Source: Octopus bimaculoides
Lineage: Eukaryota
Direction: 5' to 3'
Length of the DNA: 64,000 bases
Assembly: GCF_001194135.2 (NCBI RefSeq)
Contig: NC_068993.1
Coordinates: forward strand, 36,389,048 to 36,453,047
The notes under the pieces are model-generated. The model ran no database searches and was not told the DNA's origin. It saw only the letters and a program-made list of their open reading frames with translations. Numbering within the stretch: the stretch's first letter is position 1; every line of letters begins with the position of its first letter. The translations under genes and the position numbers were made by a program. Shown in pieces: positions 50,708-63,789 of this stretch.

Positions 50708-51619
50708 CTAGAAAATAGTAAAATAAGACATCAATCAGAGAGAGGAGAGAAAATATCCACTGAATCAGGAACATTTTCAAGAATATTCTTAGACAATAGA
50801 AGTATTTAATGCATTTACCATTATCATTAATATTCTAACAATCATTTTGGCATACTGATCTAATATTAGACATAATAATTAAAACAATTATCTATATACA
50901 TCAATATTATGTAGATTAGAGTATGGGTTGGACCTCTAAAATCCAGTGCATTTCCTGTAAGCATTAAGAGTCATTCTTATCTCTTCCCAGCAGAACATGG
51001 ACACAGCAATAATACTAAATGTTGTCATTTTGTAGCTGCTAGAAAAAAAACAGCCAAATCTCCTTCAAACCATGCCTTATAATCTTAAAAAAAAAAAGGA
51101 ACACATTGGATATTGTGCTCTTAGATACACTGCATCTGAAAATAAAAGTGGCGATGGCTGCAATTGGAATGCCTTTCATCATAGGGCTGCTCAATCTCAT
51201 TGCTGACTTGGGGCTAAACATCAACAAAATGTCCAAAATTAAAAACAAGTTGCAATCTTTTCATTTCACATCTATTTTTTTCCATGCTAGCATGGGTTAC
51301 GTGAATATATTACTGAGGCATTGTTTTACAGCTGGATGTCCTTCCTGTCACTAACCCTTATCTGTTTATCAAGCAAAAGATCTGTTATTTCACAGGTTTT
51401 CAAAGATGTGAAATGAGCAAACAATTTCTGGACAGGAGAACTAACAATAACTGTACTTATAGCTTGTGACTGTCATACAGTCACACATAGAGGTATGTTA
51501 AGGTTATTTGAGTTTCTGTTTATCATAACTATTACAGTGACACTGTAACAACTTAAAGCTCAAATTAAAACAACAGATTTTTATATATACGTATATATAT
51601 ATATATAGGATTATATATG

Positions 51620-52965
51620 AGTGCTTTTTTAAGCCCCAGCTTTGCTAAAAATAGTCAACACTCTAAAGCCACATTTCTCTGCAACATTCCTTCTTGCAAT
51701 GTTGCAGAGGTAAGATGCAATTCTTATTTCACTTAATTTTTTTCCAACCATGCTTGTGAATATACTGGTTGTACAGCAGCGAAGGGTTAGCTGGGGTGTT
51801 GAAGATGCAAATAAGAGCAAACAATTGTCTTAGGTGAAATGGCATACTTGTAAAGGACGCTTCTTCTATGCACCTGTGCCATTCTTCATCATTTTGAACT
51901 AAATTTTTTAAGAGAGCAGCTTCTTTAAATGAGTTGCAGACTACACCATCTACTGTTTTCATATCCTCATAACTTTGAGCTCCAGCAACATGGAACAACA
52001 ACAGTCACAAGTAAAATTGTTCCCCATCCTTCAGGCTAATGGTGTACAGTCTGGAAATGACTTTATTGCCTCCTCTTTGTCTACACTTCCATACAGTAAT
52101 CTGCTTATTGAAGACATAACTGTACAGAACATCCGAATAATGCAAGTTCCTGGCATTTTCATCAGTTTGATTCAGAAGTTATCAAGCAGTCAGTGGTGTG
52201 TTCATCTGTGTTGCTCTCTCAAGTACCTGTCAGTATATAAGTTGCTCTTGTGGCAGATGGACAGGCAGACGAATAACTGAATGAGATCTGTCATGCATTT
52301 TATTCTCAAGCAATCATCACATACTTTCAGGAGCACTCACATACCTAGCATCTAAATGGTTGCGTACTTCATCATGTTCAATCTCATTGTTTGAAGCTGT
52401 TTCATTGATGACGAAATTGATGGAGTCATATCCCTTGTAGATATACTTGTAAATATATTTCACAGAGGAAACGAAGAGGCAAATCTGAACGCAAATATAT
52501 GCAGTGAACGTACAGCACAGATATTTATTGTAGGGTACTACATATCAGTTGTCTATTGCATGGCTGTAAACTCTAATGTCTATTGCATTGTTGCCCCTCA
52601 ATGTCACCTGTACAATGGGTAACCGTTTGGGTTTATCCTTGTCTCTTGTTGATACTCCTTTGGAAATTATTTAAGACATTTGTCATTTTCCATGCAGCGA
52701 GCAGCAGGGTTGAGATCACCACAGGACTCATGAATCATGCACCTTTTTACTGTTTCATGTAGTAAAGGTTCAATGATGGGATCCAGGATCTCGGTACAGA
52801 CAATTTGATTAATTCTTTCAGGATCATCCAATTTATCATCAGGGCACAAAATGATCAACAGGTGGGTATGTGGTAAGCCTCTTTTTTAAATTCAATGGTG
52901 CAGCAGTAAGCAGTGAGTATTCCAAATATATGTTTTTTAGTGATGCCATTCAAGAGTTTGTAGCA
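51620..52965 (-). pseudogene. Helitron Rep-helicase remnant, downstream part
   Basis: IFG..AY..TIEFKKRGLPHTHLLI (HUH motif), HESCGDLNPAARCM, GAQSYEDMKTVDG..FKEAA, LRQLFALICIFNTP. Confidence 0.9.
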
Positions 52966-52989
52966 GAGCTACATATTACATTGTAATAT

Positions 52990-53316
52990 ATGAGTCAACC
53001 TGCACAGCAGATGAATATATCGATGAGGCATCTAGCCTCGCTTAGATACAGTAGCCTTGTTCTGAGCTACACTGGAAGAACTTTCAGTTCCTGCACGGCT
53101 TCGGTCAAAAACACATATCTTCTCTGCAGCTCCACCAAAGTCATTTACAAATACACCACACTTACATTTCCATATTTCAAATACACCACAACACATTTTC
53201 AAATACGAACAATCTGTTGCTAGGATGTCGACACCCAGAAATAATTCACTTTTGTTCTTGTAGCCAAGTCAGGCTAAAAAAAAAAAAATTTTTTTTTTGT
53301 TTGGACTTAGCCAAAT

Positions 53317-53362
<46 letters not shown>

Positions 53363-55135
53363 CTCTTGCACATGTGAATTGATACACCATGATGCAGCTC
53401 ATCGCCATTTTGTCTTTCTTCCTAAACTTTGATACCATTTCTCAAGCTGCACATGCACGCTAATTTTGAATACCCCACATTGACACAACACAGCTGCCTG
53501 AGCTCTCTGTTTCATGTAATAGCATGGTTGTACGTCATTTTACAAATTTTTCCCCAGTAATTGACATCTTTCTGTTACACATCTCACCATGAATAACAGT
53601 TCTTAACCTTGTTTCACGGGTAACGTGAAAGTGTGGTTTGCACAGATCGAATCGACATTTGCCGCGAACGACATTGCCTTCAAAGTCCAACAGCCCCATA
53701 TATTACTTGGCGCAATACCACCGTCTCTGACAGCCACCGTGCGGGACCTGATAACTGAACCCCCACATGATGCCACGTATAGGAGCATTAAGCAGGAGAT
53801 TCTTTGATGCACATCCTTGTCAGAAGAAAGAAAATTTCAAACCCTCATCAATGATGAGCACTTGGGCGACCATAAAGCTTTGCAACTTCTGTGCCACATG
53901 AAGGAATTGGCCCAAAATGCACCTGCTGATAGTGCTTTATTGAAACTTTTTTTCCCAGTTGCCCTCTAACATCCAAGCCATCCTAGCCTCTAGGGTGGGG
54001 ACAACTCCTGTTGAGTAAATAGCCTCCACTGCTGACAGAATCATAGAGTATACTGGCAACACCAACAAGCCGACCTCAGTACCACTGGATACCTCTGCAC
54101 ACCCACCAGTAGCATCAAGTTTCCACTGATAAGAACCTTGCCTTGGATGCTATCCTAAAGGCGATAGCTGAATTAACAAGAGAAGTGCAGCTCCTCCTCA
54201 GTTCCAGGTCTCGTTCACCTAGACGGCGTTCTTTCGATCACTCCTTCTCACCTCACAGTCGCTCATCCTCTGTTCATTCATCCATATGCTGGTACTATGC
54301 CAAGTTTGGAGCTTCAGCATATAAATGTACCCAACCCTGTACTCTTTCCAACATCCGCTGCCTCATAGATACAGGTGCTGCCTGCAGTATCTGGCCATTA
54401 AAACTCCTCGTGGACAAACCACAGGCAGTGAACCATTCACTGATTCCAGCTTTCAGCCAGATATCTCGTTCGTTGGATTTAGATCTGCGACACGACTTCA
54501 AGTGTATTTTTACAGTTGCAGATCTCCCTTACCCAATATTAGGTGCAGACGTTTTGCACCACTTGCACCTGCTTGTGGACATGCGCACTTGGTGTTTATG
54601 GGACGCGTTTTGTCTCATATTTGACCAAGAGAATCTAGCCAAAATGAATTTCACTGTGGTGGTGACAGGTTATGCAGTGTGCTGAAGACTGTTTGTCTGC
54701 AGGTCTCCGGAGCAAAAGGACGAGAATTCATGGAAGTATCACACAAAATATGTGCGTCAGATGTGGGTACTGGGAAGTACTTGAAGTTGCATGTGGCAAA
54801 GGTGGGTGAAGATATATCAATTGTCTCTAAGCGAGGTTGATCTTTAGCCAGGAGATGCAGGTCGATGTCTGTGGGTGACGACAGTGAATGCAGTGTTATT
54901 TACACCAGAGATATGTCAGATGTTGGTGGCAAATGAAATCCAAGTGCCTGGCTTGTCAGGCTTCGAGTACAGGGTAAAGGTGAGTGGATGGTGGTCCAAA
55001 AAAATCCTGAATTGGTGTCCCTCGAGTGTGTGCCGGAAATGTTTGACTGCTAAATACATAGCTAACAGCTCCCGTCCAAAAGTATTGTAGCGAGTTTCAA
55101 CTGGTTTTAGCTGCTGAGAGAAACTCCAGCCTCTT
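52990..55135. mobile_element. Rearranged Gypsy LTR-retrotransposon remnant inside the Helitron
   Basis: Plus strand gag WFAQIESTF, CWYYAKFG..KC..PC and protease LIDTGA..ILGAD (53570-54610); minus strand RNase H ETRYNTFGRELLAMYLAVKHFRHTLEG and integrase N-term STLHNL..ARFSWSNM (55135-54610). Confidence 0.85.
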
Positions 55136-56890
55136 GCCTTTTTCTCTGTTGAATGGTGGCTCGCTGTCAGTATTGCTAAACACCATAGCTATTTCAGTAA
55201 CTGTTGGTAAATTGTATTTCTGCCTATCAGCAGTGCGACCCCTGTTGAAGATTAAATTTATGACAGACATAGGCCTCTGTTCGTGTTGGACATGCTGCTC
55301 CTCATGCAGTTCTACTTCTCATAATGTCCTGTAAGATGCAGCATAGACATTGTTCTCGCTGATAATCTCATCCAATCTGTGCATCACCTCAGGTATACAT
55401 CTTTTATTTGCTGCATACTGAGTCTGCACTGTGGTGGCTTGAATGCTGTCAACAACATACAGTTGAGCAAATTGCCTCTGTTGGCTCTCAACAGGATGCA
55501 TGTGGGAAGTCCTGTGATAAACTTGGCCATGCACTCTGAAGTAGAATGGACCTCGTCATCAATGTGAGCACCCATAGATGTGAAAGATAGAGCAGAGTTG
55601 TATGACTTTATGTTTTCTTTGAAGTTAACATGATGTGGATGTTGAGGGCCTGACAACATAGATTGTAAGTATGGAGGAAATTCTCTTCTAGCTGGAGGCA
55701 GGACTTTCCCTTTACGGCAGCAACTACTAAAGCATCCATCTGATGGTCGCTCTGAAGCAAAATGTTTGGCTCTACAAAACTGACACAATGTGTTCGTGTC
55801 ACAACAGTTATGAACCTAAACATTCTCTTCCTTATAAGTATATTTACTAAATTTACACGATTTCCAACTCTTTGCACAACTCTCATGGCATTCGCATTTC
55901 ACTGCCTTCGATTATTTCTTCGTTCTTCCATTTCAGTATTAATTAATTATTCCATTCTTCTTCTCATTCGCTCTCTGCAAACATTTGCTTCTTCAGCTTC
56001 ATTCTCTAGTCTTAGTCTCTCTCTCTCTCTCTCATAGACCCTCTCTCCTCTCAGCTGCCTGCCCTTCCATTTCACCTTGGCACCTTTGCGATGTTCTCTC
56101 TCTTTCGATTTCTCTTCTTTGTGCTGCTTGCTCTTCCAGTTCATCTTGTCGCCTTTGCAATGCTCTCATTATTAGGTCTTCTCTCCTCTCTGCTGTTTGC
56201 TCTTCTGTTTCATCTTGGTGCTTTTGTGCTGCTCTCTGTCTTTGGATATCTCTCCTTGGTGTAATGAGGTTCTCCTTTTCATTTTGATGTCTTCGAGCCT
56301 GTCATCATGCATCTTGTACTCTTCTCTTGTGATTGATTTAATATATTTTTTAATCTTCTTGCATCCAGTTCTTCCTGAGTGAGACTGGCTCTTCTTCGCA
56401 GTAGTCTTTCTCTGGCTGACAGTCGCCTTCTGTCTGTTTCATTCTCCATAACAGAAGAAAGAATATCAGTGAATGGATAACAAACACTATATACAACAAA
56501 TAAGTTATGCGAGTACAGATGACTAAAAATATCAGTGAACTGATAACAAACACAGCGAATGTAAAGAATACACACACCCAGGGTTTAGGGTTAAACACCA
56601 TATATTGTATATAGGTTATAGGATTACTGATAACTAAAATTATCAGTGAATTGATAACAAACACTATATACTGTAAATATACACACACACATTGGAACCG
56701 AAATATTAGAGAAAATGATCTTTGTAAAATGTAAACAAAACATTTTGCCTGTGAAACGAGAATCCTTTGCAGGCGACACTCCTTTACCACTTCCTCTCTC
56801 TCTCGTTGCTATTATTTTCTCTCACTCCCTCTCAGTCATGGCTATTACTCTCACTACTTCTCCTTCACTGAATTACTATTTTCTCTCCTC
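55136..56890 (-). pseudogene. Helitron 5' part (charged N-term, Zn finger, subterminal repeats)
   Basis: ATG 56449 MENETDRRR..; CQFCRAKHF..CCRKGKV; YNSALSFTSMG; HGQVYHR..QFAQLY; PTVTEIA; three ATCAGTGAA..GATAACAAACAC repeats at 56460-56665. Confidence 0.85.
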
Positions 56891-56899
56891 TCCCTTCAC

Positions 56900-57717
56900 T
56901 TGTATTGTTTCTCCTACTTGACATGTAGAAAAGGCAGCGGTAGAAACTCCATAAGGTGCAGCCAGTGCCAGCTATGGACACTTAAGAGGTACAGCAATAT
57001 CAGAGGAAAGTTAACAGAGAAAGCAGTCTTTGTGTGTGACAGATGTATAGGTACAATAAACACTAGAAATGTACCGAAAATAGACTTCATCAAATGCCAG
57101 GGGGAATACTTAGAAGTAGTTGACAGCTTCCATTATCTGGGTGACCAAGTCAGCAGTGGAGGTAGATGCTCAAAGTTTAGTTGCTTGGATAAGAACAGGC
57201 TGGGCAAAGTTCAGAGAGCTTCTACCTTTGGTAACAAAGGGCCTCTCCCTCAGAGTAAAAGGTAGATTGTATGATGCTTGCATGCAAACAGCCATGCTAC
57301 ATAGCAGTGAAACATGGGCTGCGACAGCAGAGGAGATGTGAAGGCTTGAAAGAAATGAAGCTAGTATGTGTTGCTGGATGTGCAATGTCAGTGTGCATGT
57401 ATGAGAGAGTAAGCATCTTGAGAGAAAAATTGGGCATAAGAGGCATCAGATGTGGTGTGCAAGAGAGAAGACTCATCGAGCCAAGTGAAATTGTATTCAT
57501 GGAGAGTGCCAGTGACATATAAAAGGTACCTGTACTGGTGACAAGTAGGAGGGACCCGTGCCAGTGACACATAAGAGGCACCCACAACACTCTTACAGTG
57601 GTTGGCATTAGGAAGAGCATCCAGCTGTTGAAACCAAACCAAAATCAGATTGGAGCCTGGTACAGCTCCCTGGCTTACCAGCTTTTCCAGCATGGAAAAC
57701 AGACACTAAATGATGAT
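56900..57717 (+). mobile_element. 5'-truncated RTE LINE
   Basis: SIRCSQC..CDRC; LEVVDSFHYLGD; IRTGWAKFRELLPL..LSLRVKGRLYDAC..SETWA; 3' end GGTTGGCATTAGGAAG..TAAATGATGAT. Confidence 0.9.
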
Positions 57718-57986
57718 TTGGAAAACACACTAAATGATGATATATAGTCAGTAGTTCATATATCTGAAAAAGAAGCATACTCTAAAGCATTAGAGCAGTC
57801 ATATATTCTTTAGGAAGTTAATTGTTATGGCCAGTCATAGTGACTCCTATAAAGCGATGAGTCACCTATACTCCCAAGTGTTTTGTAGGTGTGAAACTAA
57901 TGGTCACTCTATGACCTGTCATAACTTTTAACTTCCTAAAACACATGCACACACAATAATGGGGTAATTGAGATTAATTTACATAC

Positions 57987-58040
57987 TGTTTTATATAAGG
58001 CCACAACTTTGGGCCGGAGGCTCTGATTGGCTGCTGCCAT
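57987..58040 (-). CDS. ETFRF1: LYRM5/ETFRF1 first coding exon (MAAANQSLRPKVVALYKT)
   Basis: ATG at 58040, 18 codons, donor ACA|GTATGT in phase 0; splices in frame to 50707 to give an 87-aa protein with SLR..V..LYK.LL LYR-type motif. Confidence 0.92.
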
Positions 58041-58232
58041 TTGAAACTGACCAATGGCACCTCTCAAGATCTGCTGTTGTATCTCATTAATTACATTCAG
58101 TTGAGTCTAGAATAGAAGAGAAAATGAAAGCAATATAAAGAATGAGCCAAAGCTAGGCTTATGGGAAGTTTCTAACCAATGACACAAACACAAGATATAA
58201 ATGAATACATAACATAATAATATAACAAAGTA

Positions 58233-58630
58233 GGTGCAGGCATGGCTGTGTGATAAGCAGCTTGCTTCCCAACCACATGGTTCCAGGTTCATTACCACTA
58301 CATGTCACCTTGGGCAAGTGTCTTCCATAGCCTTGGGCTGAACAAAGCCTTGTGAGTGGATTTGGTAGATGGAAACTGAAAGAGGTTTGTCATATATATA
58401 TATATATAATGTGTGTGTGTGTATATATTTGTGTTTGTTCCCCACACCATCACTTGACAACTGATGTTGGTGTGTTTACGTCCCTATAACTTGGCAGTTC
58501 AACAAGAGTTCGATAGAATAAATACTAGGCTTACAAAGAATGTCCTGGGGTCGATTTGTTCGACTAAAACTTCTCAAGGTGGTGCTCCAGCATGGCCACA
58601 GTCAAATCACTGAAACAAGTAAAAGAATAA
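58233..58630 (+). mobile_element. SINE family A (in presumed LYRM5 intron 1)
   Basis: Matches 857-1333. Confidence 0.8.
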
Positions 58631-59399
58631 TAATTCAAATAATAAAAATAGAAAAGAATATGTCTATAATAAACTGAATATTAAATGAGATGATTTAATA
58701 TATATGTGTTGAAAGGTTCCTTAGTCGTATTCAACCCATTTTGATACCAACCTGAGATTGCCCCTGGTTCTGATATAAATTTTCTATTTCAAAATTATCT
58801 AAATTAAAAATTTCCATTAAAATTTCAACTTAATTTATCTTCCAAACACCAGATTAACATTAGCAATTTTAAGGGAGGGGTAACTTGATTACATTGGCCC
58901 ACTGTTCAACAAGCACTTTTGTTATTGATTCCAAAAGGATAAATAGCAAAGTTGACCATGATAGAATTTTAATCGGAAATGCTGTTAAGCATTTTGCTTA
59001 ACTCACAATTCTACCAGCTCACCACCTTAAACACCATATTAATAAAAAAAATCGTTATTTTCAAATTAATAAAATGAAGGCAGTGTATTTCAATAGAAAT
59101 AGAGTAACTAAAATGTAAAATGTAACATAAATTCCCAGTTTGAGATTGACAAAATAACTTTGAAAATGTTCAACATTCATTGTGCAAGTGAATCAAAGAG
59201 AAGTAAATAGTTGATGAACCATGCCAACAATGGGTTTTTCAATTCCAAATCATTCTTCAATTCATTGACATTTTAAAGTTTTTGAAGAAGATATGAACAT
59301 CACAACTTCCCTTTTCTCTGCCAAAGATAGCAATGGGAAACGATTCTGATAAAGCCAACCCTAGTCTTAGGAAACTAAACTTATATGCCAAGCTAATAA

Positions 59400-59620
59400 G
59401 TCAGCAGTATATTGGGGGGGGGGGGCGGTTGAAGACATACATTTTGTCGTACGTTGTGATTTTATCTGGTAACCCTTTAACTACAATATTAAATTTCATG
59501 GTTGTTTCAATAATGATGTTAAATATCTACAGAAAATAGAACTGGTGTTTTCTCTACGTCATCTTGCCTCAATTAACCGAACATATCTCAACAAAAAAGT
59601 CGTTTCAAACATGACATTCC
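59400..59620. promoter_or_regulatory. Candidate promoter with CRE-like site
   Basis: Cluster of CpGs (GTCGTACG, TACGTCA, ACCGA, GTCG) in CpG-poor surroundings; TACGTCA at 59555-59561 contains a CGTCA CRE half-site. Confidence 0.45.
59441..59560 (-). other. Probable non-coding first exon of LYRM5 (TSS not determined)
   Basis: Donor AAAAT|GTATGT at 59441/59440; acceptor CAACAGCAG at 58071-58076 upstream of the ATG; non-repetitive, locally CpG-richer sequence. Confidence 0.5.
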
Positions 59621-60814
59621 TCAACAAAAGATAAACTGATATATAAATTCAAAAGATAAACTGATATATAAATTTCCACAGTAAAGGGTAAATAAACTTT
59701 GAATGGATATCTCTCATTACTGTGGTAGAAAAAGAGCTGATAGAAATCATCGTAAGTAAAAAATTAATGCTGAAAAACAAAAAAACCACTGGCCAGCTAA
59801 ACAAGTGCTGTCAAGATTGAAAAATGATTTACATAGAAACATTTGTCTCACAGTGCTAAGAACTGCATAACTGAATGAGGGAAGAGGTAGTCAGTGTTTC
59901 TCGCAGAAAGGGGTTGTGAGTACTGAAAAAAAGGGACAAACAAACTGCTAAGTTTAATGAAATTGAGAGGGTTTTAAACTTTTTAAACTTGTTCCCAATA
60001 CTATAATAAAGTAAGAACAATTATATATAGATGCAAACTATTTTGTTTTTCCAGTTAACAAAAGAGTGGGTGCAACTAGCTTTAGTAATATTGGTGGTGT
60101 TGGCATATTTGTCAGTTTGAGAACAGCTGGGATTGGAGATAAACGGTTTCAAATGTTATTTTAGGTGGAGAAAAAAAATCTAACCTGGCAAAAAACGAAT
60201 TTGCTCCAGCAATGACAGCCACGTAGAAATATCATTAATCATGTGTAAAATAAGTGTGTATGCAAATATCATTTAACCTGAGCAAGTTGTCACCTACAAT
60301 CAAAGGTGCTCCAACCATGAACATTTGGTCATTCACTTCTGGCAGTGTATGTCTAAGACTACATTATCAAGTGTCCCTTCATTTTTTTTTTTTTTTAAGA
60401 CAGTGATAAAGATGTAGTTGCTATTTCTAGCATGTCAGACAACCTCATAAAAGCTCTTTTCATCAGCTCAGTCTGTTGCAATACTAATCCAATTCTTGGA
60501 GTAAATGACAAATCACAACCCAAACGAAGGTACAGCTACAATGTAGTTAACAATCACAGCTGTCTTCTGGGTTGACATGGTGCCAGGGACTATTGGAGTA
60601 ATGGTTCATATATTTCCCCACCAGGTCTCCCTCCCTCCCTCCCTCCCAAATACTCATAACAATCACCTGACACCTAATTACATTAAAATAGGTTGACTCA
60701 TGTCCCGGCAGTTGGTAAAGTTCATTGTTTTAAGTGGCCTGCTTTAAATGACCTAATTATACAATAGGTTGTTCTTCACTCCTACTTGTGCAAACTTTTG
60801 ATCATAGGCTTTCT

Positions 60815-61330
60815 CTCATTATTTAATGGCCATTTTCCATGCTGGCATGGGTTAGATGGTTTGATTGAGATGGTAAGCTAAAGAGCTGCACCAGACTACT
60901 GTCTGTTTTGGTTTGGTTTCTACATGCCCTTCCTAATACCAACCACTCCACAATGTGTTCTGGGTACCTTTAACAAGTCACTGGCATGGGTGCCTCTCAT
61001 CTGTCAATGGTACAGGTGCCATTCATATGTCACCAGTACTGGTGCCATTCATATGTCACCAGTACTAGGCCATGACCACAATTTCACTTAGCTTGACAAG
61101 TCTTCTTAAGCACAGCAATTCGCCAGATGCCTGGTCACATGTCATCAGCCCCATGATACTCAACATCCAAAGATCACATTTCACACCTTTCCCCATCTCT
61201 TCTTGGGTCTGCCCCTTCCACAGATTCCTTCCAATATTAGGGATTGTCACTATTTTATGCAGCTCTCCTCATCCACATGCAGACTTAGCTATCACTTCTT
61301 TTTGTGTATCTATGAATACTTTATCTGAAG
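60815..61330 (-). mobile_element. RTE LINE 3' fragment
   Basis: KGQTQEEMGKGVKCDLWML..MTCDQASGELLCLRR (decayed RTE terminus) plus family C tail; short tandem duplication at 61015-61066. Confidence 0.7.
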
Positions 61331-61734
61331 CGGTTTTCCTTTCTTTAAGACAATGGGCATGATTTGAGAGAGAATAAGCTGTTATTTCTTGCATGTCAAC
61401 ATTTGTACCCATTGTCACATGACCAGTTTTCAAAAATAGTTTCTTTCAACCATTTGACATACAACATGATAGTATATAAGAAACACTTTATTTTCCAAAA
61501 AATATCTTTAAAAAAAAAAAATCACCCCAAATCCTCTCGGCAAAGTTGGTCTTGTATTACATGCTTTAATGCACTAAAGATTTTTTAATCTGAATATGCA
61601 CGATTGGAATTGGAATATGTCTAATATGCCAGTGTGTCTTTTATGACATCAAATACAGTACCTTACTTAAAATTGTTGGATTTGTAGGTGTTTTTTGTTT
61701 TGTTTTTGATAGATTTTTCTTTAAAAAAACAGTA

Positions 61735-62102
61735 TGGTGTGACTGTGGGGTAAGAAGCTAGCTTCCCAGCCACATGATTCCGGGCATAATCCCACTGTGT
61801 GACACTTTGGGCAAGTGTCTTCTACCAAAGCCTCACTCCAACCAAATTCTTTTGAGAGTGGATTTGGCAGATGGAAACTGAAAGAAGCCCATTGTATATA
61901 TCTATGTGTATGTGTGCCACCACTGCTTGACAACCAGTGCTGGTGTGTTTGTGTTCCCATAATATAGCGATTTGGCAAAAGAGACTGATATAAGTACCAG
62001 GTTTAAAAGTGTAAGTACTGTGGTCGATTCCTTTAACTAAAAGTTCTCCAAGGTGATGCTCCAGCATGGCCACAGTCTAATGACTGAAACGAGTGAAAAG
62101 AT
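61735..62102 (+). mobile_element. SINE family A
   Basis: Matches 857-1333. Confidence 0.8.
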
Positions 62103-63399
62103 TTTTAAAAACCTAAAAGGTATTTTGAACCTACAAAGTACAGGTATTCTACTGGAATATTTAGATTTTCTGTACAATTTAGAGCAATGCATGAGGAAAT
62201 AACAGAGACAAGTTAGTTGCACCAACTGTATTAACTTAGAAAGGTTAGTACTATTTAGCATTTTTGGTGCTTATTATTGAAACAGATGGTTTGCTACTGA
62301 GGGACATAACCATACATTTCTTTTCAAACATGGTAAAATATATAACTGATTTATAGAGTTGGAAAAATGATTGGGCCTAATTTGCATATTTGAAACCTTT
62401 ACAAACACTTCTAGATTGTGAAGGTATGTGGCCTAATGATTAGGGGAGGTTGCACTCAGGATCACAAGATTGTGATTTTAATTCCTGGACTAGGTGATGC
62501 ATGGTGTTTTTGAGTAAAAGCATTTCATTTCATATTGTTCCAGTCCACTCAATTATGAGTAACCTTGCAATGGACTGGTCTCCCATTCAGAGGCAATCTC
62601 AGTCACTTATATGCCCAATGGGTCTTAGCACTCAAAACTAAACTTAATACATTTGCAGATGAAATTTTTGCTGGAAACTGTATTTTCAAGAATTATTTGT
62701 ACAAATAATTATCAAATTATACATTCTATTTCTTTATCAACTGAAAAAATAAAAAAGGAACGTGTGAAAAATATGAAAACCCAAAGTGTTTTTTAGTTAA
62801 TATATGTTCTGATTTTTAAAAATACAAGCATTTAACTTGCACACACTCACACACAAAATTAAATATTTTTTAACCAAATTATACAAATTATATTTCATGT
62901 TTCATCTGTTGTGAAAGAATTTTAACATTACTCTAACTCCACTTTTATGAATTTAATGTCAATATCTTTAAAGTGTGATCAATTTAGTATGTCCCATGTA
63001 TTTAAATTTTTCATGTACTATATACTTAATATTATGTTTTATCTCTTTATGTCAAATTCAAGTCCTACTAAGGTTGATTTTTGCCCTTCATTCCTCCAGG
63101 GGTCCTTAATATGTATCACTAATATATTAGCAGTGGATTTAATTGACTAGACACCTTCCTTATAATTTTAGAGTTTCGTACATCATCATCATCATCTGTT
63201 TTCCATGCTGTCATGGGTTGGATGGTTTGACAAGAACTGGCAAGCCAGAGAGCTGCATCGTATTCCAGTTTCAGTTAGCTTGGTTTCTATGGTTGGATGC
63301 CCTCCCTAACATCAACCACTTGACAGTGTATGCTGGGTGCTTTAAACGTGGCACTGGCACAGGATGCTTGTAGGCCAATTCTCTTCACCAGGGGTTGCA

Positions 63400-63640
63400 A
63401 CCTTAACACTTTTGCTGTGGAGGACACGTGTGTATGTGTATATATATATATGTAATATATATATATATATATATATATACACAATGGGCTTCTTTCAGTT
63501 TCCATCTACCAAGTCCACTCACAAGGCTCTGGTTGGCCCAAGGCCATAGTAGAAGAAACTTGGCCAAGGTACCACGCAGTGGAACTGAACCCAGGACCAT
63601 GATTGGGAAGCAAGCTTCTCACAACACAGCCACACCTGCG
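63400..63640 (-). mobile_element. SINE family A, 5' half
   Basis: Reverse-complement head and CORE-like body. Confidence 0.75.
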
Positions 63641-63789
63641 CATGTTAGAAAAGACTGATCATCAACTTAAAACATTATTTTTGTTGTAGCTCTTAAAATA
63701 GCAGCAAGAATCAAAAAGTACCCCACAATTCCTAATAGTTACAGCAGGCTGGTTCTTATAAGTACTACACTAATTCTTTTTATAGTTTT

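Noticed and set aside
130-63658. Many short ORFs rich in CV/HT/YI/MYVC
   Set aside because: Translations of microsatellites.
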